From Eledone cirrhosa (taxonomy: Eukaryota), in the NCBI GenBank assembly GCA_964016885.1, contig OZ024748.1, positions 18,042,001 to 18,106,000 on the forward strand: 64,000 nucleotides of DNA, read 5' to 3'. The notes beneath the pieces are model-generated. The model saw only the letters and a program-made list of their open reading frames with translations. It searched no databases and was not told the origin of the DNA. Below are positions 63,769-64,000 of this stretch, piece by piece. Positions within the stretch are counted from its first letter, which is position 1, and each line of letters opens with the position of its first letter. Made by a program: the position numbers and the translations under genes.

Positions 63769-64000
63769 CTTGATATAGTATAGTAGTCAGTTGTACAACA
63801 ACAGTAACAGCAACATTGATAATATTCATATTGTTATTGTTGTTGTTGTTAGTGGTGGTGGTGGTGGAGATGGTTGTGGTAGTGTTGGTGGTAGTGGTGA
63901 TGGTGGTAGTGGTGATGGTAGTGCTACTAGTGATGGTGGTGAAGGTGGTGGTAGTGATGGTGTTGGTGGTGGTAGTGTTGGTGGTGGGGACGACAACAAC

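Overview
AT-rich, microsatellite-saturated eukaryotic DNA. The SINE/RTE repertoire suggests a cephalopod, probably octopus (inference). No intact long gene is visible: nearly all long ORFs in the track are artefacts of simple repeats or tandem arrays. The window holds tRNA-derived CORE-type and Nin/Deu-type SINEs, 5'-truncated RTE-type LINE ends, a TIR/TSD-bounded Chapaev-type DNA transposon (56027-57811), piggyBac-, Tc1/mariner- and hAT-like MITEs, and several minisatellites grown out of retroelement sequence. A few small candidate host exons are low confidence. The main hidden signal is in the short unique islands inside (TA)n tracts. They carry about 10 near-canonical and several degenerate minimal type-I hammerhead ribozyme motifs, most with palindromic stem III, from many unrelated sequence families. 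Several islands are fold-back palindromes with arms up to 145 bp perfect, pivoting in or near the ribozyme, and several share a GAGTRCTC box. This reads as a dense, diverse set of (TA)n-associated Penelope-like or retrozyme-like mini-elements. All structures were read by eye; no searches or folding programs were run.
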